A stretch of DNA of 64,000 bases from an uncultured Verrucomicrobiae bacterium (GTDB taxonomy: Bacteria > Verrucomicrobiota > Verrucomicrobiia > Chthoniobacterales > JAATET01). Under the pieces are notes generated by a model. That model was not told the origin of the DNA. It saw only the letters and a list, made by a program, of their open reading frames with translations, and did no database searches. Below, one piece after another: positions 1 through 10,402 of this stretch (position 1 is the first letter of the stretch; the number at the start of each line of letters is the position of its first letter). The position numbers were made by a program, and so were the translations under genes. The stretch is taken from contig CAVXHK010000003.1 of the NCBI GenBank assembly GCA_963761705.1, positions 577,455 through 641,454 of the forward strand. Direction: 5' to 3'.

Positions 1-1553
1 TTGCGGTTGACCCACCAGGTGAAGTTGAGCAGCAGCTTCTGGAAAGTGCCTTCGAGAAAGGGTCGGTCGCGCTGCCCGCGGGCGGCGGTGAGTTTGTAAA
101 CGCGCCAGGCCGCCCACGCGTGAACGGGTGGATTTACGTCCGAGAAGTTCCACTCGTAGGCGGGGATCTGGCCGTTCGGGTGGAGGTACCACTCGCGGAG
201 GAAGAGCGTGAGCTGGGCTTTCGCGAAGCCCGGATCAATGCGGGCGAAGGGGAGCATGTGAAAGGCCGAATCCCACGCGGCGAACCACGGGTATTCCCAT
301 TTGTCGGGCATCGAGAGGACGTCGCGGGCGTAGACGTGCGGCCACTTTGCGTTGCGTCCCGACCGGCGGGCTCCGGGCGGGACGGGGCCATTCGCGTCGC
401 CGTCGAGCCAGTCTTCGACGATGTAGTGGTAGAATTGTTTGCTCCAGACGAGGCCCGCGTAGCCTTGGCGGGTGACGGCGCGCGCGGTTTCCGACAAAGT
501 GTGGGGAGCGACGGCGTCGTGGAAGGCGTTGGCCTCGGCCATGCGGATTGCGAAGGTCTCAGCGCTCGTCGCGGGCGGATGGTCGGTCGTCTTCGAAGCG
601 AGGCGGAAGTGGTGGGTGCGGGATTCGCCGGGACCAAGATCGCCGGTGAGGTGGGGCGCGAATTTCGTCCCGTGGGTTGCGTTCGTCGCGGAGGCATCGC
701 CGTGAATCACGGTGGCGTGAAAGCCGTCTTTGACGAAAGGCGAGGCGTTCGGCTGCCCGTAGAGTCGGGCGAAGTTTGTTTCGTTCTCGGTGAAGAGCGG
801 TGGGGCGTCGGCTTCGTCGTAGCGGAAGGTGAAGTCGCCGAGCTTGGGGTGCGATCCGTCGATTTCACCCGGACGGGCGAGCAAGAGGGTCGGCTTCGTC
901 GCGAGGCTCTCGTGCGCCGCGCCCCACGTCCAATCGTTGCGAAACCAGAGGGTCGGGAGGAGGTGATACGGCGCGGGGTCGGGGCCGCGGTTGGTGACGG
1001 TGATTCGGATCGCGATGTCGTCCGGGGCAGCCTTGGCGTATTCTGCCATGACGTCGAAGTATCGTTCGTCGGCGAAGATGCCCGTGTCGCTGAGCTCGAA
1101 CTCGCGGTCGCGGAGTCCGCGGCGGCCATTTTCGGCGACGAGCTGGTCGTAGGGGAAGGCGGCGTGCGGGTATTTGTAGAGGGCGCGGAGGTAGGAGGCG
1201 GTGGGAGTGGCGTCGAGGTAGAAGTAGTGCTCCTTCACGTCCTCGCCGTGGTTGCCCTGCGGGCCGGTGAGACCAAAAAGGCGCTCCTTCAGGATGGGGT
1301 CGCGTTCGTTCCAAAGCGCGAGCGCGAAGCAGAGTTGGCAGCGGGCATCGGTGATCCCGAGCAATCCGTCCTCGCCCCAACGATAAGCGCGGCTGCGTGC
1401 GTGGTCGTGGGGGAAGGCGCTCCAGGCGTCGCCGGTGGCGGAATAATCCTCGCGCACCGTGCCCCATTGTCGCTCCGAGAGGTAGGGACCCCACTGCGAC
1501 CAATAGCGCGCGCGCCGGTCATTCTCCTGGAGGCGTCGGTGTTCTGCAGTCAC
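1..1553 (-). CDS. GH63-family glucosidase (glucosyl/mannosylglycerate-hydrolase-like), N-terminal ~517 codons; gene runs off the left edge
   Basis: Absent from the ORF track because no stop lies in the window. Own minus-strand translation from GTG 1553 gives [69 protein letters not shown]...[23 protein letters not shown]. These are the conserved N-terminal blocks of GH63 enzymes. The + ORF 120..1577 is its antisense shadow. The start could be GTG 1553 or TTG 1589. Confidence 0.8.
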   Translation of the reverse strand, partial: MTAEHRRLQENDRRARYWSQWGPYLSERQWGTVREDYSATGDAWSAFPHDHARSRAYRWGEDGLLGITDARCQLCFALALWNERDPILKERLFGLTGPQGNHGEDVKEHYFYLDATPTASYLRALYKYPHAAFPYDQLVAENGRRGLRDREFELSDTGIFADERYFDVMAEYAKAAPDDIAIRITVTNRGPDPAPYHLLPTLWFRNDWTWGAAHESLATKPTLLLARPGEIDGSHPKLGDFTFRYDEADAPPLFTENETNFARLYGQPNASPFVKDGFHATVIHGDASATNATHGTKFAPHLTGDLGPGESRTHHFRLASKTTDHPPATSAETFAIRMAEANAFHDAVAPHTLSETARAVTRQGYAGLVWSKQFYHYIVEDWLDGDANGPVPPGARRSGRNAKWPHVYARDVLSMPDKWEYPWFAAWDSAFHMLPFARIDPGFAKAQLTLFLREWYLHPNGQIPAYEWNFSDVNPPVHAWAAWRVYKLTAARGQRDRPFLEGTFQKLLLNFTWWVNR

Positions 1554-1638
1554 CGCGTTTTCATTAGCGATCGCTGAAGAAAATGACAAACCTCGTTCGC
1601 GGCAGTGACATTTTTCGCCGGACCGATAGGAGAGCGGA

Positions 1639-2681
1639 ATGCAGTTTGATCGGCGATTGGTAGCGTGGATGGGGGGAGTCGCGTTGTTCTACGTTGGTTG
1701 GCTGATCCTCGTCGGTGGTCGTTGGTCGGTGGTGGCCGCGCATTGGCCGATCGCGGTGACGATGGCGCTCGGATCCTACGTGGCGGGGGCGACTCCGATG
1801 GGTGGTGGGACGGTGGGGTTCCCGATTCTCGTTCTGGCGTTTCATCAGGCGGCGGAGCTGGGGCGGGATTTTTCGTTCGCGGTGCAGAGCGTTGGGATGA
1901 CGAGCGCGGCGTTGTTCATTTTGGCGAGACGTCAGCCGGTCGAGTGGCCGATGCTCCGGTGGGCGGTGCTGGGGTCGGCGCTCGGCACGCCGCTTGGGAT
2001 CGTGTTCATCGCGCCGCTGGTGCCGGGGATCGCGGTGAAGGTTGTTTTCGCCGTGGTGTGGGCGAGCTTCGGTGTGCTGCACTTGTTTCGATTGCGAGAG
2101 TTCGCGCGACACGACGGTCTCGCTCCCACCGCCCACCGGTTTGACCGGGTCGCGGGATTGGCTACCGGCTTGCTGGCGGGTGCGACCGTGGCAGCGGTGA
2201 CGGGCGTGGGCATCGACATGGCGATCTACTGCGTGCTGGTGCTGTTGTGCCAAGCGGACCTCAAAATCGCGATCCCGACGTCGGTCATTTTGATGGCGGC
2301 GACGTCACTCATCGGCCTCGCTACGAAATGGACGGTCGGCGGTGGGCTCCAGCCGGGAGTCTTCGAAAATTGGCTCGCGGCAGCACCGGTGGTGGTGGTC
2401 GGCGCGCCGCTCGGGGCATTCGTGGTCGATCGGATTGGCCGGACGCCGACTTTGTTCTTCGTATCGATCCTGTGCTTGGGCCAATTCGTTTGGGCGATGG
2501 TCGATGGCTGGTCGGGCTCGGAGTCGCTGGTCTGGCGATCTCGCTGTTCGGCGTGGGGATGCTGGTCGCTTTGTTCGGATGGTTCCACGCGATCGGCGAA
2601 CGCTGGAATCGCCGACGGGAACGCTCGTCTGCTCCGACCGTTCCGGCTAGTCTCCGCGGGAATGAGTTATCAGCCGATTGA
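1639..2681 (+). CDS. TSUP (TauE/SafE) family membrane permease, apparent 1-nt frameshift near 2503-2512
   Basis: The ATG 1639 frame encodes multiple TM helices ([20 protein letters not shown] motif) and turns non-membrane-like after ...FVWAMVDGW. The neighbouring frame continues with a clean last helix, [33 protein letters not shown], and stops at 2681. One extra C at gatggc|tgg would restore the frame. Confidence 0.65.
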
Positions 2682-4469
2682 GAATTACGGAGTCGTCGGC
2701 GACCTGCACACGGTCGCCTTGGTGGGAATGGACGCGTCGATCGATTTCATGTGTTTCCCTCACTTCGACTCGCCGTCGATCTTCGCGGCGATGCTCGACG
2801 ACGAGAAGGGTGGGAGATTTTCCCTTGCACCGGAGATGCGGGACGCGAAGCACCGGCAGATGTATCTGCCGGACACGAACATCTTGCTCACGCGCTTTCT
2901 GGCTCACGAGGGAATCGGGGAGGTCTCGGACTTCATGCCGGTGGAGGAAAAGGGCCACGCCCACCAGATCGTTCGCCGGGCCAAGGCGGTGCGAGGTGAC
3001 ATCCGGTTTCGGCTGAATTTCGCGCCAGCCTTCGACTACGGGCGCTCGGGGCACAAGGTTGAGCGGACGTCCGACGGGATTGTCTTCACGAGCGAGGGCC
3101 GGGATCAGACCGCCCTCCGGCTGATCGTCCAGCACGAGGCCGAGATCAACATCGAGAACGGAGCGGCGACCGCCGAGTTCAAGCTGCACGCGGGCGAAAG
3201 CGTGTTTGTGATCATGGAAGACGCTCGAGATTGCAACGCGCCGAGGCGGCGGCGGAGCGACGACGTCTCGGAGCTTTTCAAGGAGACGCTGAATTTCTGG
3301 CGGGGCTGGTGCCATCATTCGAACTACCGAGGCCGCTGGCGTGAGATGGTGAAACGCTCGGCGCTCACGCTCAAAATGCTGGTCTCGCACCCGCACGGAT
3401 CGATCGTCGCGGCACCGACGTTCGGCCTGCCGGAAGCCATCGGCGGCGGGCGGAATTGGGATTACCGCTACACCTGGATTCGCGATGCGTCGTTCACGAT
3501 CTACGGACTCATGCGGCTTGGCTACACGGCGGAGGCGAAGCACTTCATGGGCTGGATCGAGGAGCGCTGCCGGGAGCTGGCCGACGGTCAGATGGCGATC
3601 ATGTATTCCATCGACGGGCAGTCCGATCTCCCCGAGATCAACCTCGATCACTGGGAGGGCTACCGGAAGTCTTCGCCGGTGCGGATCGGCAACGCGGCGC
3701 ACGGACAGCTCCAGCTCGACATCTACGGCGAGCTGATGGACTCGGTTTATCTCTACAACAAATACGGCGAGCCGATCTCCTACGACCTGTGGACGAGCCT
3801 CACGCGAATGATCGATTGGGTCTGCGACAACTGGAATCGGCCGGACGAAGGGATCTGGGAGATCCGCGGAGAGAAACAGCATTTCACTTACTCTCGAGTC
3901 ATGTGTTGGGTCGCGGTCGACCGGGGCGTGCGGTTGGCGCTCAAACGCTCGTTCCCGGCACCGATGGAGCGGTGGATGAAAGTGCGCGACGAGATTTACC
4001 ACGACGTCTATCGCAATTTCTGGGACCCCGATCTGCAGACGTTCGTCCAGCACCTCGGCTCGAAAGCGGTCGATGCGGCCTGTCTCCTCATGCCGATGGT
4101 GAAATTCATCGGCCCGACCGATCCGCGTTGGATCTCGACCTTGCGAGCCATCGAGAAATCGCTGGTCGCGGATTCGACCGTCTACCGCTACAGCACGGAG
4201 GACGGGGCTCACGACGGTCTCGAGGGGACGGAGGGGACCTTCTCGATGTGCTCGTTCTGGTACGTCGAGTGCCTGTCGCGGGCGGGCGACGTGGACAAAG
4301 CGCGGTTCCTCTTCGAGAAGACCCTCGGCTACGCGAATCACCTGGGTCTCTACTCGGAGGAGTTGGGCCCTGCGGCGAGCACCTGGGCAATTTTCCCCAG
4401 GCGTTCACGCACCTCGCCCTCATCAGCGCGGCCTACAACCTAGATCAGGAGTTGACGGCCCGTCGCTAG
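2662..4469 (+). CDS. GH15 glycoside hydrolase (glucoamylase/trehalase family), apparent 1-nt frameshift near 4364-4376
   Basis: Starts [45 protein letters not shown] and contains [16 protein letters not shown], both GH15 hallmarks. The conserved C-terminus [23 protein letters not shown] lies in the adjacent frame, which stops at 4469. The 934-aa track ORF 1639..4443 is a read-through of two genes. Confidence 0.85.
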
Positions 4470-4487
4470 GGCGGGAGCCTTCCCCTG

Positions 4488-5285
4488 ATGAAGAATTTAC
4501 TGAGCACATTGGTGTTGGGAGCGATGGTCGTCGGCGGGACAAGGGCGGAAACAATGAGTCGGGAGGTGACCTATCCAGCTGGTCAGGTGATCGCCAATGG
4601 CCTGCTCGCGGTGCCCGCTGGTGAGGGAAAGCATCCCGGCGTGCTCGTGGTCCACGAGTGGTGGGGCATCAATGACTACGCGCGCGGTCGGGCAGAAATG
4701 CTGGCCGAGCTGGGCTACGTTGCGCTCGCCGTCGACATGTATGGCGACGGGAAGACGGCGGAGCACCCGGATGACGCGGGGGCATTTGCCAAAGCGGTGA
4801 TGAGCGATCTCCCGGAGGCGACCGAACGATTCGAGGCGGCGATGAAATTTCTTGCCGCCCAGCCCGAAGTCGAGTCCGGGAAGATCGCGGCGATCGGGTA
4901 TTGCTTTGGCGGTGGTATCGTCTTGCAGATGGCGGCGAGCGGCGTCGAAGGTCTGGACGCGGTGGTGAGCTTCCACGGGTCACTCGGCGCCAAAGTGCCG
5001 GACGGCGTGACGCCGACAGCGCGGATGCTGGTGCTGACGGGGACGGCCGACGAATTTGTTCCAGACGAGCAGGTGAAGGCTTTCGAGAAACGGATGAGCG
5101 CCGCGGGTGCCAATCTCACGGTCATCGAATACCCGGGCGCCGAGCACGGGTTCACCAATCCGGATGCCGACGCGGCGGCGGCTGAGTTCGAGGTGCCGAT
5201 CGGTTACGATCAGCACGCGGATCAGGCGTCGTGGGGAGAAATGAAGGAATTTCTCTCGGGTGTGTTTGGGATCGAAGGGCAGTAG
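4488..5285 (+). CDS. dienelactone hydrolase family protein (secreted)
   Basis: N-terminal signal-like segment, then HEWWGINDYARGRAEMLAELGYVALAVDMYGDG and GYCFGG, typical of DLH-fold hydrolases. Confidence 0.8.
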   Translation: MKNLLSTLVLGAMVVGGTRAETMSREVTYPAGQVIANGLLAVPAGEGKHPGVLVVHEWWGINDYARGRAEMLAELGYVALAVDMYGDGKTAEHPDDAGAFAKAVMSDLPEATERFEAAMKFLAAQPEVESGKIAAIGYCFGGGIVLQMAASGVEGLDAVVSFHGSLGAKVPDGVTPTARMLVLTGTADEFVPDEQVKAFEKRMSAAGANLTVIEYPGAEHGFTNPDADAAAAEFEVPIGYDQHADQASWGEMKEFLSGVFGIEGQ

Positions 5286-5358
5286 CGGAGAAGTCGACGG
5301 AGGGGGAGTCTGGCGCTCAGGCCCCGCTCTCTCTGCGTCTGCAAGTAAGCAGGACGCC

Positions 5359-6207
5359 TCACCCGCCGGTGGCGAAGCCGGGGTAGAGCGTCATCCCGCC
5401 GTCGACGAAGAGGGTGATCCCGTGGACGTAGTCCGACTCGTCCGAAGCAAGCCAAACAGCGGCGCGACCGATTTCTTCCGGTTCGCCGATGCGGTTGGCG
5501 GGGATGAGACGCATGAGGTCCCGGTTTTTTTCCGGGTCGCTCCACGTCTCCTTGTTGATCGGTGTCTGGATGGCACCCGGACCGATACTATTCACGCGGA
5601 TGTGATGGGGCCCGACCTCCTGCGCGATGGATTTCATCATCAACATCACACCGCCCTTCGAGGCGGCGTAGTTCACGTGACCCGCCCACGGGATCACTTC
5701 GTGAACGGAACTCATGCAGATGATCTTGCCGGCGGCGCAAGAGATCTCCGGTTTGACGCCGCGGCGCTTGAACTCGCGCACGGCAGCGCGGGCGCAGAGA
5801 AACTGGCCGGTCAGATTGACGCCGATCACTTTCTGCCACTGATCGAGCGTAATTTCGTCGAATGGAGCGTCCTGCTGGATGCCTGCGTTGTTGACCAGGA
5901 TGTCGACGGTGCCAAATTCCCGACAGACCCGTTCAAACATCGCGTCGACGTCCGACTCTTTCGAGACGTCGGCCTGCACCGCGATCGCGTGACCGCCAGT
6001 CGAGCGGATGTCCGCGACGACCGCGTCGGCCTTGTCCTCGCTCCCCACGTAGTTCACCGCGACGCTGGCTCCGGCGGCGGCGAGCGATTGGGCGACCGCC
6101 GTGCCGATCCCGGAACTGGCGCCGGTCACGATGGCCTTCTGACCTTCGAGCCGACGGCGGGTTGGCAGATTGGAAGGTGCGGAGTTGGTGTCGGTGGATT
6201 CGGTCAT
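5359..6207 (-). CDS. SDR family oxidoreductase (glucose 1-dehydrogenase-like)
   Basis: TGASSGIG Rossmann motif, NNAG, and a YAASKGG catalytic Tyr-x3-Lys. The + ORF 5260..6261 is its antisense shadow. Confidence 0.85.
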   Translation of the reverse strand: MTESTDTNSAPSNLPTRRRLEGQKAIVTGASSGIGTAVAQSLAAAGASVAVNYVGSEDKADAVVADIRSTGGHAIAVQADVSKESDVDAMFERVCREFGTVDILVNNAGIQQDAPFDEITLDQWQKVIGVNLTGQFLCARAAVREFKRRGVKPEISCAAGKIICMSSVHEVIPWAGHVNYAASKGGVMLMMKSIAQEVGPHHIRVNSIGPGAIQTPINKETWSDPEKNRDLMRLIPANRIGEPEEIGRAAVWLASDESDYVHGITLFVDGGMTLYPGFATGG

Positions 6208-6371
6208 CAGCCGTTAAACGTGCCTAGCCAGCTGAGCGGTCGCAAGTCCGGCGAGTCTTGACGACGCAATTGTGACATCCGCCAACTTTCCGAAGAAAAC
6301 TTTTGATTATCCAGGTGAAACCATTGATCATCTTATCAAGAAACTAAACTAACGGTCGGAGAAACTGAAAT

Positions 6372-7577
6372 ATGGTTGGTGAAATCGAAGGAGCGCGAAA
6401 GGGAGGTGAGATTTCGACCTTTCTCAAAACGTTCGAAGGCGCGGCGGCAACTTTTGGCGAGGAGGACCAGGCGTGGTCGCTGTGGCTGCCGGAAGTGAAC
6501 GCAGGCGATCGCCCCATTACGCCAGCTTCGCAGCTGTATTTTGCGGTGATTCTCCGCCACGAGGATCAGGCGTTCGCGATCAGATTTTTCTACGATTGTT
6601 CGACTGGGAAGATCCGCTATTACACGAGCGCGGTTCCGCGTGAGGTCGCGGAAGCACCGGAATTTGAGAACGCGGTCTCTGAGTTGTTCAGGCACACCTT
6701 GCCGGTGGAGCCGATTCGTCAAAGGAAGTTGCGCAGCTCGCCCAATCGGCGGCGGCGCGAAAAGAACGCAGCGAGGCGCGAAGAAGCGCCCCAGCAGAAG
6801 CGCGAAATTCCCGCCGTCATGGCGGACCCGGTGGTGGTGACACCTCCTGTCAATCGATTGGAAGAAAGAGCGGCGACCGAGGAGCCGCGAACCGAGGCCG
6901 CTTCAGCGGTCGATCCGCAAGTCGAGGAGTTCACCAAAGCTTCCGAGCCGGCGGAGAACGCGCTTGCCGCCACGAAGGATCCGATCCCAACGACGGCCTC
7001 AGCAAAGCTGGGAGCAGGCGAAAATCTCCCGAGGCCAGCCCCGGCCCTGCCCGTCGCAAAGACGGAGTCGGTCCGGAAACCTGAAGCCGAAGCTGCCAAG
7101 TCGGCTGCGAGCCGGATTGAGCGGGCTTCCGAGCCGCTGAAGGAAGTCAAGCCGATCGCCGAGCCGCTCAGCAAGCCAGCGTCTTCGCAGCTCTCGGTTC
7201 AGAAACCAAGCGTCGCGGCAGCGGGGGAGCGCAAAGCAGTGAGTTCGGTCTGGTCGGTGATCGATTCCAAGGCGCTCGCGGTTTCTACCGCCAACCCGAC
7301 GCCGACGAGGGAAGTGGCGATCGAGCCCCGGCCCGAAATGGCCGTGGCGCTTCCCGCCGAGCCGCCGAGAGTGGCGCAGGATTTTGATGGAGTCCGAAAG
7401 GTCGAGTTCGACGTCGGAGCCCGCATGCGTTCGGTTCTCATGTCGGTCATCTATGCCTGTGGGATCGTCGCAACGGTCGGGATTCTCGCTTACACCTACC
7501 TGGTCTTCACGGAGGACGCGGGAGTTAAGCACCATCGGCTGCAAAACGAAGCGCTTCGCAGTCAAGCCGGCCGATGA
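6372..7577 (+). CDS. hypothetical tail-anchored membrane protein with a long Pro/Ala/Glu-rich disordered centre
   Basis: Globular-looking N-terminal ~110 aa, encoded by visibly lower-GC DNA, then a low-complexity region and a single C-terminal TM (VLMSVIYACGIVATVGILAYTYLVF). I recognise no family. Confidence 0.45.
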   Translation: MVGEIEGARKGGEISTFLKTFEGAAATFGEEDQAWSLWLPEVNAGDRPITPASQLYFAVILRHEDQAFAIRFFYDCSTGKIRYYTSAVPREVAEAPEFENAVSELFRHTLPVEPIRQRKLRSSPNRRRREKNAARREEAPQQKREIPAVMADPVVVTPPVNRLEERAATEEPRTEAASAVDPQVEEFTKASEPAENALAATKDPIPTTASAKLGAGENLPRPAPALPVAKTESVRKPEAEAAKSAASRIERASEPLKEVKPIAEPLSKPASSQLSVQKPSVAAAGERKAVSSVWSVIDSKALAVSTANPTPTREVAIEPRPEMAVALPAEPPRVAQDFDGVRKVEFDVGARMRSVLMSVIYACGIVATVGILAYTYLVFTEDAGVKHHRLQNEALRSQAGR

Positions 7578-7620
7578 GGTCTCAGCGGGGATTGGTGGTG
7601 GCGTCTAGTCGGAGATCGTA

Positions 7621-7639
7621 GGTCAATTTTCAATTGACC
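7621..7639. terminator. perfect hairpin GGTCAATT-TTC-AATTGACC downstream of the 6372..7577 gene
   Basis: An 8-bp perfect stem with a 3-nt loop, read directly, 44 nt after the stop codon. There is no clear U-tract. Confidence 0.35.
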
Positions 7640-7701
7640 ACCCTTGGGCTGCCTCCTACTTTCTCGCCTCCCGGAAAGCTCGTTTTGAGCGAATCGGAAC
7701 G

Positions 7702-7776
7702 GCGCGGTTAGCTCAGCGGTAGAGCACCTCCCTGACACGGAGGGGGTCACTGGTTCGAACCCAGTATCGCGCACCA
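7702..7776 (+). tRNA. tRNA-Val (anticodon GAC)
   Basis: Cloverleaf read by eye: acceptor GCGCGGT/ATCGCGC, anticodon stem CCTCC/GGAGG with loop CTGACAC, T-arm ACTGG-TTCGAAC-CCAGT, and an encoded CCA. Confidence 0.9.
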
Positions 7777-7810
7777 TTTATCCAGGCCGAGGGGTGTCCG
7801 GAGTCTAGGT

Positions 7811-8377
7811 TCAATCGAGGATTGACTCCGCAGCTTGCTTGAATTTTTCAAAATCCAGGGGGCCTTCGATGTAGGAGCGAATGTTTCCCTCGCGGTCGAT
7901 GAAGAACGTGGTCGGGAAGACCCGCACGTTTCCGTAGGCGGAGAGGGTGTCGCGGTCGGCAAGTGCGACGGGGTAGTTGATTCCAGCCTCCTTGACGAAC
8001 GACGCGAGGGCGGCGGAATTTGGTTCCGCCGCGATTCCGATCACGGCGAGATCGCGGTCGGCGAACTCGCTTTGAAGTCGGACGAGCGCGGGGATCTCTT
8101 CAACGCAGGGCGGGCACCACGTGCCCCAAAAATTCAGAATCACCGCTTTCCCGGCGAAATCGGTGCTGGATATCGTGCCTCCTTCCGGCTTTTCGAGCGA
8201 CCACTCCGGGGCGGGACCGACCCGCACCGGCAGGGCGGCGGTCGCGGTTGGGATGATGCCGGGCATCAGCGGAGCGCAGGTGCGGGACGACCCCGACTCC
8301 AGGAAGTCGTAAACGGGGAAGCCAAAAACGAGGGCGATGGCGAACCAATGACGGCGGAAGTAGGGTTGGCGTTTCAT
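7811..8377 (-). CDS. TlpA-family thiol:disulfide oxidoreductase (thioredoxin fold)
   Basis: FWGTWCPPCVEEIPAL active site. I place the start at ATG 8377 (MKRQPYFRRHWFAIALVF, signal anchor) rather than the track's 8542. Confidence 0.8.
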   Translation of the reverse strand: MKRQPYFRRHWFAIALVFGFPVYDFLESGSSRTCAPLMPGIIPTATAALPVRVGPAPEWSLEKPEGGTISSTDFAGKAVILNFWGTWCPPCVEEIPALVRLQSEFADRDLAVIGIAAEPNSAALASFVKEAGINYPVALADRDTLSAYGNVRVFPTTFFIDREGNIRSYIEGPLDFEKFKQAAESILD

Positions 8378-8510
8378 CTTTGAGATTCTTCCATACGCCA
8401 CGATGACTCTGAGCGCTAGCCACGGACGGCAAAAGCGACGCTGTTCCGCGTCTTTTCCGTCGACGGGGCATCTATTTTTTGGATGATGACGTTTCCTCTT
8501 TCGAGGCTGC

Positions 8511-9053
8511 ATGATGACCGATTCGACCACCCAACAAGCCACTGAGATCCCGGACGATTTGCTCGCCGAACTCGACGAGATGGTGACGCACTACCCAGTC
8601 TCGAAGCGGAGCGCGTCGCTGCCACTCCTCCACCTCTGGCAGAATCACTTCGGTTTCATCGACGAGTCGGGTGTCGAGTGGATTGCCGCGAAGTTGGAAT
8701 TAGAACCCGTCAACATTCTGGAACTCGTGACCTTCTACCCTTGGTTTCGCCGGGAAGCCGCCGGTAAGACGATCGTCCGCGTCTGCCGGACTCTCGCCTG
8801 TGCGATGGCCGGTTCTTACGAGCTGAAGGACAAATTCTGCGAAGCGACTGGGATCGATCCGGCTTTGAGCCACCACGGATTCGGACACGCGCCGCCGACG
8901 AGTGAGGACGGACAGTTCAGCGTGGAGTTTGTCGAGTGCCTCGCGAGTTGTGGCACGGCCCCGGTCTGTTTGATCAACGACCAGTTGCACGAAAATGTCG
9001 GTCTCGACGACGTCGCTCAGATCGTAACGGATTGTTCAACGGTCGAAGCGTAA
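8511..9053 (+). CDS. nuoE: NADH-quinone oxidoreductase subunit E-like (24-kDa, 2Fe-2S)
   Basis: HYPVSKRSASLPLLHLWQ...VRVCRTLACAMAGS...ECLASCGTAPV, the NuoE Cys pattern. Confidence 0.85.
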   Translation: MMTDSTTQQATEIPDDLLAELDEMVTHYPVSKRSASLPLLHLWQNHFGFIDESGVEWIAAKLELEPVNILELVTFYPWFRREAAGKTIVRVCRTLACAMAGSYELKDKFCEATGIDPALSHHGFGHAPPTSEDGQFSVEFVECLASCGTAPVCLINDQLHENVGLDDVAQIVTDCSTVEA

Positions 9054-9058
9054 GTCCC

Positions 9059-10402
9059 ATGGTCTCTCTCATCCCACAACCTCACCCTAAAGAACGCCGA
9101 GTCATCTTCGGCAACATCAGCCAGCCTGGCTGGTCGCCAGACATTGACACCTACCTTGCCAACGATGGCTATGAGGCTCTGAAAAAAGCTCTCGCCATGG
9201 AGCCGGCGGCGATCGTTGACCTCGTGAAGGCGGCGAATCTGCGCGGGCGGGGTGGCGCGGGTTTTCCGTGCGGAGTGAAGTGGAGCTTTATCAAGCGGGA
9301 CGACGGCAAAGAGCATTACATCGTGGTGAACGCCGACGAGTCGGAGCCGGGCACGTTCAAGGACCGCTACATTTTGCACAACGATCCGCATCAGCTGCTC
9401 GAGGGACTTCTCATCGCGGCGTGGGCGAACAACGTGAAGCTGGCCTACATCTACATCCGCTGTGAGTTCCCGCACGCAGCTAAGATCGTGTGGAACGCCA
9501 TCAAGGAAGCGAAGGCGAAGGGATTCATCGGAAAAGACATCTGCGGCAGCGGCTTCGACTGCGACATCTACGTGCACCAAGGCGCGGCGGCCTACATCTG
9601 CGGCGAAGAGACGAGCCTGCTCGAGTCGCTGGAGGGCAAGCGGCCCTACCCACGAATCAAGCCGCCGTATTTCCCCGCGGTGCTGGGCCTCTACATGAAG
9701 CCGACGATCGTGAACAACGTGGAGACGCTTTGCCACGTGAAGCACATTGTGAATCTCGGCGCGGAAGAATACACGAAGATGGGTTCGCCCGGCGACGGCG
9801 GAACGCGCACGATGTGCGTGAGCGGTGACGTGGTGAAGCCTGGCTACTACGAGCTACCTTGCGGGGCGGTGACGCTCGGCGAGCTGATTTTTGACATCTG
9901 CGGCGGCTTGAAGCCCGGGCGGACTTTGAAGGCGGTGATCCCGGGTGGGAGTTCAGCGAAGGTCCTGCGGGCGGACGAGACGTTCAAAGTGAAGTCGAAG
10001 GGGGCGGATGGCGAGATGGTCGAGAAGGAGATCAAGATGCTCGACGTCACGATGGACGCGGCTGGTCTCGCTTCGGTTGGAACGATGGTCGGGAGCGGCG
10101 GGGTTATGGTGCTCGACGACACGCGGAGCGCGGTTTGGGCGCTTAACAATCTTAATCAGTTCTACGCCCACGAGAGCTGCGGTCAATGCACGCCGTGCCG
10201 CGAGGGCAGTCTGTGGATGTCGAAAATGACGACCCGGATGCTGGCGGGTGAGGGTGCCGCGCAGGACCCGAAGACGCTGCAAAACGTGGCGGACAACATC
10301 GCGGGGCGGACGATCTGCGCGTTCGGCGAAGCGTGCGCTTGGCCTACGCAGAGTTTCTTGGCCAAGTTTCCAGAGGAGTTCGCCGGAGCCGCGGGCAGTT
10401 GA
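9059..10402 (+). CDS. nuoF: NADH-quinone oxidoreductase subunit F-like (51-kDa, FMN/NADH-binding)
   Basis: LRGRGGAGFPCGVKWSF, ADESEPGTFKDR and ESCGQCTPCREG motifs. Start at ATG 9059 (MVSLIPQ...), 5 nt after the nuoE stop. The track's 8936 start overlaps nuoE. Confidence 0.9.
   Translation: MVSLIPQPHPKERRVIFGNISQPGWSPDIDTYLANDGYEALKKALAMEPAAIVDLVKAANLRGRGGAGFPCGVKWSFIKRDDGKEHYIVVNADESEPGTFKDRYILHNDPHQLLEGLLIAAWANNVKLAYIYIRCEFPHAAKIVWNAIKEAKAKGFIGKDICGSGFDCDIYVHQGAAAYICGEETSLLESLEGKRPYPRIKPPYFPAVLGLYMKPTIVNNVETLCHVKHIVNLGAEEYTKMGSPGDGGTRTMCVSGDVVKPGYYELPCGAVTLGELIFDICGGLKPGRTLKAVIPGGSSAKVLRADETFKVKSKGADGEMVEKEIKMLDVTMDAAGLASVGTMVGSGGVMVLDDTRSAVWALNNLNQFYAHESCGQCTPCREGSLWMSKMTTRMLAGEGAAQDPKTLQNVADNIAGRTICAFGEACAWPTQSFLAKFPEEFAGAAGS

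Noticed and set aside
120-1577. 485-aa + strand ORF offered by the track
   Set aside because: Its composition (V/E/G/R/A-rich, no motifs) is typical of the antisense of a high-GC gene. The minus strand encodes a clear GH63 N-terminus, which is missing from the track only because it has no stop in the window.
1639-4443. 934-aa ORF as a single TSUP-GH15 fusion protein
   Set aside because: The ~50 residues joining the two parts are non-protein-like. The TSUP last helix and the GH15 C-terminus are both found in a neighbouring frame, and GH15 has its own ATG at 2662. These are two genes plus frame errors.
6336-6722. 128-aa minus-strand ORF opposite the start of the 6372-7577 gene
   Set aside because: It is basic and low in complexity, with no motifs. 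The + strand ORF is three times longer and has a plausible domain plus a TM anchor. Neither has a recognisable family, so confidence in the + call is only moderate.
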